A stretch of 24,280 nt of DNA from a bacterium. GTDB lineage: Bacteria; Zhuqueibacterota; Zhuqueibacteria; Oceanimicrobiales; Oceanimicrobiaceae. How positions within the stretch are numbered: the first letter of the stretch is position 1; the number at the start of each line of letters is the position of its first letter. Positions 19,801 to 24,280 of this stretch are shown here, one piece after another. Where the stretch lies: positions 1-24,280 of the forward strand of contig JBHHXN010000073.1 in assembly GCA_046757025.1 (NCBI GenBank), given 5' to 3'. The notes below the pieces were generated by a model that saw only the letters and a list, made by a program, of their open reading frames with translations, did not search any database and was not told the origin of the DNA. Both the position numbers and the translations under genes were made by a program.

Positions 19801-20856
19801 CGGTTCGGGTCCGTTGCCCGGAGGTGGGGGCGGCGGCCCACCGCCGTCGTCTCCCAGCATAATTTTGCCGGGGTGCACGGCCATGGGATCGAGCGGGATT
19901 TCGACGCCCTGTGCGGTGAGGATGACGTGATCCGCCATCACCAGCACCTCGCCCTGGGGCGGGGTTTCGGGTTTCACTTTGCCAGTAAACGACGCCAGAA
20001 CCAGCGGCTGCAGTCCGTCGTGCGTGAGATAAGTGCCGGCGGGCGCCTGCAGGTCGAACGACAGGGAGTCGCCACTCACTTGCGTATTGAAGCTCCAGCC
20101 GTTGAGTTCTGGTGCCAGGATGTGTCCCTGCTCGGCCCATTCCAGCAGCGGCGGCATGGCTCTGACCACGGCGCGAAGGCGGCTGAGCTGGGAATCGGCC
20201 GGTACCTCGGCCACGACGGCCAAGTCCACGATGAAATTGGAGTCGGGTTTGGAGAAGGTGTCCAGAAACGTGAACAACTCGAAACCTCCACCGGGTGGTG
20301 GTGGCGGTGATGAATCGATATACAGCAAAGAAGGATGAAACATGGAATCGGGAAAGGCCACTGTATTTCCCTGACTCAAAATAGAAACGTGCTTTAGTGT
20401 CAATTCAATGCTGTCACCGGGAGCGGCTTGAGGTGAAACGATGCCAGCAAATGAAAAAAGCAGACTTGGTGGACCTTCTGATTTGACCAAAAAGGAGCCG
20501 TTTGGGGCGTTTGCTTCGATGCGCAAGGAATCGTCGTTTTGGATAATCACAAATGACCAATTTTGGAGTACGGTTTTTACCGTATCGACATCGCTAAACG
20601 ACAAGTTCGTAGAATGACTTGTCACCGTCATGGCAATACGACTTACTTGAGAGTCCATTGGCACGGGTACAAACCATTCCACTGGAATCAAAACGGTGTC
20701 ACCCGGCGCGGCAAAGTACTGCGGCGGCATGCCCGACATGCCCATCGGAGGCGGAGGGCCTGGTTGTTGTGAAAAAACCAAGTTTTGATTTGCCGTAAAC
20801 ACAACGGCAGTTAAAACTACCAGAGCAAATACAACCCATTGTTTTGTTTTTTGCAT
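16840..20856 (-). CDS. Large secreted protein: three cohesin/Ig-like domains, BNR/Asp-box beta-propeller region, T9SS type-A-like C-terminal domain
   Basis: Signal peptide; poly-Pro linkers; about 10 SxDxGxTW-type repeats (SADSGLTW, TTDAGRTW, SYDDGVTW, SLDRGVTW...); C-terminal QNYPNPFNPVTNIQF...IFNILGQKV...SGPYFYRL. Confidence 0.9.
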   Translation of the reverse strand: MQKTKQWVVFALVVLTAVVFTANQNLVFSQQPGPPPPMGMSGMPPQYFAAPGDTVLIPVEWFVPVPMDSQVSRIAMTVTSHSTNLSFSDVDTVKTVLQNWSFVIIQNDDSLRIEANAPNGSFLVKSEGPPSLLFSFAGIVSPQAAPGDSIELTLKHVSILSQGNTVAFPDSMFHPSLLYIDSSPPPPPGGGFELFTFLDTFSKPDSNFIVDLAVVAEVPADSQLSRLRAVVRAMPPLLEWAEQGHILAPELNGWSFNTQVSGDSLSFDLQAPAGTYLTHDGLQPLVLASFTGKVKPETPPQGEVLVMADHVILTAQGVEIPLDPMAVHPGKIMLGDDGGGPPPPPPGNGPEPFTFLDTFSKPDSNFIVDLAVVAEVPADSQLSRLRAVVRAMPPLLEWAEQGHILAPELNGWSFNTQVSGDSLSFDLQAPAGTYLTHDGLQPLVLASFTGKVKPETPPQGEVLVMADHVILTAQGVEIPLDPMAVHPGKIMLGDDGGGPPPPPFIPPATATTEGRKNLGLYGGYVLDMAFDEVHGVVLAAVAAPQSLFMSADSGLTWTAAFPTDSLEFITDMTTRGFGGRGMQVQASDGYCYARNNQEAGTLTGAQVSEDGQNWRTLMDAYLLQKELQAKFGNDLTGPYAVEKICAQGPVALVSTNNFVFRTTDAGRTWDISVVPDVSARSSYKHIGALELCRSNPTGNSFFVTLTDSWHGGPTEGFYKTEDGVTFTELHVSNGVDEVESVMDVVTHPDACDTLWVAAVDPGKPHLSGLWRSYDDGVTWTQVYTATNPFGVPAPKLYQNPNFPGPDNLRLIMVGENKYSDDLGDSWVSFEPQSDPFVPRVSNANAGLGHIPNTDIYFSQGDGAPARSTTGLDGTYLFVPTGIEGITIWDIAQVPNDMDKVYLATSVGIAYTSKFTDTTLTEVEKWQSPHGNYPINPNNGGNTGFTAIAIDPNNTDHVIAANGNAIFVTQNGGFTNNDWTETAYHNVAGLDEPKFKGQGGRVSQITFITSDSVIASIHCENMLYGALILSTTGGFSWSTMPQAGNHNFKTVIAAWNAAKDSLVLYAGGGAVSGPPDGNPSSIDSGAVYKSLDRGVTWQRTALTPKGTFNPAPFPLPVNEMVVKPGSLDTLYLACGENLSNAIVRSFDGGHTLESISMQAVGAREGAFEAVAINKHHPDSIYFAVRRDILVYDAIADSATTLFRGYPGELTHTLLYDDLTMGSSSGFYEITAKPNLTTGVRERLDPIPSQIQLWQNYPNPFNPVTNIQFNLPQDGKVKLEIFNILGQKVEILLSEPRKAGKHVVQWQPKEAASGPYFYRLHVIFTSGHEQILSKKLLFIK
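19349..20296. repeat. 474-bp in-frame tandem duplication (158 aa)
   Basis: 19349-19779 and 19823-20253 read identical over 431 bp; the remainder of the unit diverges. Confidence 0.93.
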
Positions 20857-21059
20857 GGTCAGAGACCTCCTCTTAATGTGAAAAACTGTTTGCTTAAACC
20901 CTTTAAAGCAGATTGGTTAAATGAAGAATAAAAGAGCGCTGAAATACTAATGATAAATTATCGTCATAGTGATTAAAAAAATTTAATAAAGTGGATTAGA
21001 AAATTGTAATAAGTGAAGTGTGAAAAATTAGGAGCGAATTACGGTGAGTTGAGAAATTT

Positions 21060-22250
21060 TTATCGATTCAGGGCGCGTCCAATTTGCTGCAGCGATTCCA
21101 AATTATCCAGGGGCAGGAATTCGTCGATAAAGGGCAGCGCGGCTTGCAAACCTCTGGTCAGGGGTTCAAATTCTTTGTGTCCCGAGAGCGGATTCAGCCA
21201 GAGAATACGACCGCAGCTTCTGGCGAGTCGCGCCATTTCACGTTCCAACAATGGGATGTCGCCGCGATCCCAGCCGTCGCTGATGATGACGACGACGGCT
21301 CGGCTACGCAACACCCGGCGCGCCCAGCGAAAGTTGAATTCTTTGAGGGCGGCGCCGATGCGCGTACCGCCCGCCCAATCCAGAACTTCGCTGGAAACCG
21401 ATGTTAAAGCAGAATCGATATCGTGTTGCTGCAGAGAACGGGTGATGCGGGTCAAACGGGTGCCGAACACGAACGACTCAACTATGTACTGGCGCCCGGT
21501 GAGAATGTGCATAAAGTGCAGAAACAAACGCGAGTAGCGCTGCATAGAGCCGCTGACGTCGCAGAGAATCACTAATGGTACCGGGCGGGTTTTATGGCCC
21601 CGCCAGCGCAAACTCAGCAGCTCCCCCTGGTGGCGCAGACCCTGTCGAATGGTTTGCCGCAGGTCTAGCAGGTGTTCACGAGAGTGCTTTTTCAATCGGC
21701 GTGACCGCCGTGTGGGCATCAGCCATGGCATTTGCGTAATTAATTTTTTGGCCAAATCCAGGTCTTCTTCCGAATAGGCGGCGAAATCTTTCTTGCGCAG
21801 AATTTCGATGGCACTGTAGGTTTGCAGGAAATCGACTTTTTTACCTTCGTCAGGCAAGGGAGTCTGTTTTTGAGATGCGGCGGTGTCAATGCCCTCCAGG
21901 AGTCCCTGCCAGAAATCATACGCGGAATTGAGTGAATCTGTCGCGGCCGGTGTTTTCGGGGCGCGGGGGAGAACGGCGTTCAACGGCAATTCGAATTCCG
22001 TTCCCCAGAAAAAATCGTACAACCTCTTGAAAATAGCCGATTGCCCTCGGCGAACGGTGAATATGCAGTTAAACGCCTGGTAAACATCCTGGTAGTTGCA
22101 CACGTCGAGGCAGTTCAGAGCGGCCAGGACGTCCAGCAATTGCGTTGATGACACCTCAAATCCAAATCCGCGCAGCAAGTTTGCGAAATGGATCAATCGG
22201 ATGGTAAAGGGATTTTTCTTGCCTTTGTGGTAAACAGTTGAGAATGCCAT
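21060..22250 (-). CDS. coxE: VWA-domain CoxE-like protein
   Basis: MIDAS DVSGSM, FVFGTRLTRIT, WAGGTRIG, ISDGWDRG, WLNPL; adjacent to a MoxR ATPase and coxG. Confidence 0.88.
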   Translation of the reverse strand: MAFSTVYHKGKKNPFTIRLIHFANLLRGFGFEVSSTQLLDVLAALNCLDVCNYQDVYQAFNCIFTVRRGQSAIFKRLYDFFWGTEFELPLNAVLPRAPKTPAATDSLNSAYDFWQGLLEGIDTAASQKQTPLPDEGKKVDFLQTYSAIEILRKKDFAAYSEEDLDLAKKLITQMPWLMPTRRSRRLKKHSREHLLDLRQTIRQGLRHQGELLSLRWRGHKTRPVPLVILCDVSGSMQRYSRLFLHFMHILTGRQYIVESFVFGTRLTRITRSLQQHDIDSALTSVSSEVLDWAGGTRIGAALKEFNFRWARRVLRSRAVVVIISDGWDRGDIPLLEREMARLARSCGRILWLNPLSGHKEFEPLTRGLQAALPFIDEFLPLDNLESLQQIGRALNR

Positions 22251-22290
22251 TTTGTTGCCGGCCGAGGTTTTGAAGCGATCAAATTAAATA

Positions 22291-22411
22291 GCGTCTGAAC
22301 GAAAACACAGGCTTAGACCCTGTCAAACGTCCCCGTTTGACACAAAAACAATGGTTTAGACCGCAGGCGAGGACACCTGCCGGAGCATTCGTTGAGTTTT
22401 CGTTCAGGCAC
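22291..22411. mobile_element. MITE family A abutting the coxD stop codon
   Basis: TIRs GCGTCTGAACGAAAAC / GTTTTCGTTCAGGCAC; flanks TAAATA / TAAAAA; interior hairpins TGTCAAACG..CGTTTGACA and GCAGG..CCTGC. Confidence 0.8.
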
Positions 22412-23313
22412 TAAAAAGATTTGGTTTTTAGTTCTGAGATAATTTTAGCTGACAGTTGGCCTTTAACCCGGGCGAGGTCATCCTGATATTTTAGTACCGT
22501 TCCCAGGGTGGCGTCCACCAGCTCCGACGTGAGCTCTTTTTCTGAAAGCGACAGCAGCGCTTGCGACCAATCCAGCGTTTCTGCTACCCCGGGCAGTTTG
22601 TACAAATCCTGCGTCCGCAATTCCTGTACAAAGAGTACAATTTCCCGGGCTAATTTGTCGGCCAGTTTCGGTACTTTAGCCATGATGATCTGATATTCCT
22701 TCGCCGGAGGGGGATAATCGATCCAGAAGTACAGACAGCGGCGTTTGAGCGCGTCGTGAATTTCGCGGGTGCGATTAGAGGTGATGATCACCACCGGTGG
22801 TTTTTGAGTTTTGATGGTGCCGATCTCCGGAATGGTGATCTGGAAATCGGAAAGCAGCTCCAGCAAAAACGCCTCGAATTCTTCGTCGGCGCGGTCGAGC
22901 TCGTCGATGAGCAGGACCGCGGCTTTTTTTCGGGCCGGGTCGATGGCCTGCAGCAGCGGTCTTTGAATTAAAAATTCCGCCCCAAAAATATCTTTCAGGA
23001 TGTCTTGTTCTTCGCGCCGGCCGGCTGCTTCCAGCAGGCGGATGTGCAGCATTTGCCGTGCGTAGTTCCATTCGTAAACCGCGTTGTGTACGTCCAGCCC
23101 CTCGTAACACTGCAAGCGCAGCAGGTCTGTTTTTAAAATTTTTGCCAGCACTTTGGCGACTTCGGTTTTGCCCACGCCGGCCTCCCCTTCCAGAAACACC
23201 GGCCGCGGCATTTTCAACGCCAGAAGTAGCGTGGTCGCCAGATTGCGGTCGGTGAGGTAGTTCTGCTTTTGCAGCGCCTGCTGAATCGCCTCGATTGAGT
23301 TCAATTTTGGCAT
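22411..23313 (-). CDS. coxD: MoxR-family AAA+ ATPase, CoxD-like
   Basis: LEGEAGVGKT, RLQCYEGLD, LLIDELDRADEEFEAFLLE, TSNRTREIHDALKRRC. Likely start is ATG 23313 (MPKLNS); the tracked extension to 23433 runs into repeat DNA. Confidence 0.9.
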   Translation of the reverse strand: MPKLNSIEAIQQALQKQNYLTDRNLATTLLLALKMPRPVFLEGEAGVGKTEVAKVLAKILKTDLLRLQCYEGLDVHNAVYEWNYARQMLHIRLLEAAGRREEQDILKDIFGAEFLIQRPLLQAIDPARKKAAVLLIDELDRADEEFEAFLLELLSDFQITIPEIGTIKTQKPPVVIITSNRTREIHDALKRRCLYFWIDYPPPAKEYQIIMAKVPKLADKLAREIVLFVQELRTQDLYKLPGVAETLDWSQALLSLSEKELTSELVDATLGTVLKYQDDLARVKGQLSAKIISELKTKSF

Positions 23314-23446
23314 GCGGTCAATCCGATCATTTAATGTCCTAAATTTCACAATTTGAAAGTGGACAAAGAGAGATGCCAGTCCCTCCCCGACAAGCTGAAG
23401 CCTGCTTTTCCTCCCTTGAGGGGGGGCTTCCACTTGGCAAGCTAAA

Positions 23447-23607
23447 AAGTCTGTTTGAAAAGTAGAGACGCTGACTAAAAACCAAAAATATATTAAATGT
23501 CATCCCGCAACCGCGTGATCTTTTTAATAAACAGCGCCTTACGGTCAATGTAAAAAGATTCCTACGGAATGACAGAGTAGGTGATTTGTGTGTTTTCACA
23601 AAGTCTC
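23447..23607 (+). mobile_element. MITE family B inserted in a REP-like hairpin
   Basis: TIRs AAGTCTGTTTGAAAA / TTTTCACAAAGTCTC, 4-bp TSD TAAA; reconstructed empty site CAAGC-TAAA-GCTTGAACAC; interior similar to 13503-13676. Confidence 0.8.
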
Positions 23608-23703
23608 TAAAGCTTGAACACAGACCTGTCCAGCGGGCATGCGCTGCCCAATTCAGTAAATGGAGTAGGCCCCATTCTCAGAACTCCCTCCTTCAATGTT
23701 ATA

Positions 23704-24153
23704 TCAACTTTGCATTTTTTTTTGCAACTGTTTCTCCAGCGATTTAAAGCTCTGGTTGATGAGCATTTTTGCAGCCGCTCCCACAATTCGCTGTCCGATG
23801 CCGGCAATGGCGCCGCCGATCTGATTGTTGGAAGCGTAGTGCAAAATCGTGTTGCCGCCGTCTTCTTTTAGCTGAATAGTTACTTCGCCGTGCAAAAATC
23901 CCCGGGCGCCTTTGCCCTGAATTTTGAGTTTGTAGCTGACCGGTGGATTTTTATCCTCGAGGCTGATTTTGGAAGTGTAAACGCCTTTCACCGCCGCTAT
24001 GCCGATTGTGATTTGTGCTTCAAACTCGTCTTCTGCAACGGATTTGAAGTCGGAGCAGCCGGGAATAGTTTGACCGATCACTTCGGGATCCATGATAAAA
24101 TCCCAGAATTTTACACGAGAACAATTAAACGTGTGCGTACCTTCTATTTGCAT
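23704..24153 (-). CDS. coxG: CoxG / SRPBCC-family protein (molybdenum hydroxylase accessory)
   Basis: WDFIMDPEVIGQTIPGC, IGIAAVKGVY, IGGAIAGIGQRIV motifs; 149 aa. Confidence 0.88.
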   Translation of the reverse strand: MQIEGTHTFNCSRVKFWDFIMDPEVIGQTIPGCSDFKSVAEDEFEAQITIGIAAVKGVYTSKISLEDKNPPVSYKLKIQGKGARGFLHGEVTIQLKEDGGNTILHYASNNQIGGAIAGIGQRIVGAAAKMLINQSFKSLEKQLQKKMQS

Positions 24154-24280
24154 GGAATTGTCCTATTATTTTAATTGTGAATTATTCACTATGTTACAAA
24201 TTATCTACCCTGTGTCATTTATTATCTCAAGTTTCGCACTTAGATAATTTAAACAAAAACAAATAAGGTCAAGCTGATGA

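Noticed and set aside
19255..20338. Long alternative-frame ORFs (351 aa plus strand, 291 aa minus strand and others)
   Set aside because: Shadow frames of the GC-rich duplicated domain in the 1338-aa gene.
20950..20964. Fur box upstream of the large secreted protein (ATGATAAATTATCGT)
   Set aside because: Half-site spacing does not fit the 7-1-7 Fur consensus, and the AT-rich context makes a chance palindrome plausible.
23314..23433. 40-aa N-terminal extension of CoxD in the ORF track
   Set aside because: It starts within a CCTCCCTTGAGGGGGG hairpin repeat; CoxD-like sequence begins at ATG 23313.
24175..24191. Rex or CRP site upstream of coxG (TTGTGAATTATTCACTA)
   Set aside because: The spacer is one base shorter than either consensus, so the regulator cannot be assigned.

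Overview
Bacterial chromosomal window, probably from an FCB-related lineage such as KSB1, Calditrichota or Ignavibacteria (inferred from a secreted protein with a T9SS type-A-like 'QNYPNPFNP' C-terminal domain and strong SD usage). In order it holds: the start of a LacI-controlled carbohydrate/polyol locus (lacI, Zn-dependent dehydrogenase, truncated secreted protein); selB and selD, where SelD is itself a selenoprotein (in-frame UGA plus bSECIS, missed by the ORF track); an unknown 513-aa membrane protein; a TetR plus SigR/SigH-like ECF sigma pair with no adjacent anti-sigma gene; glgA; class I aldolase fbaB; an AI-2E transporter; a small beta-barrel OMP; a hypothetical exported protein; a 1338-aa BNR-propeller/cohesin-like secreted protein with a 474-bp tandem duplication; and coxG-coxD-coxE. 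The most notable unannotated structure is non-coding. (i) A SigR-type promoter (GGAAT-N18-GTT) has a NemR-like TetR operator inside its spacer, with a second operator before the sigma gene. (ii) Two MITE families are present (7 copies); one inserts into the loop of a GCTAAAGC REP-like hairpin with a 4-bp TSD, and one copy is nested inside another. (iii) Near-perfect Shine-Dalgarno sequences with no start codon lie upstream of the first gene. All calls are by-eye motif recognition; no database searches were run.
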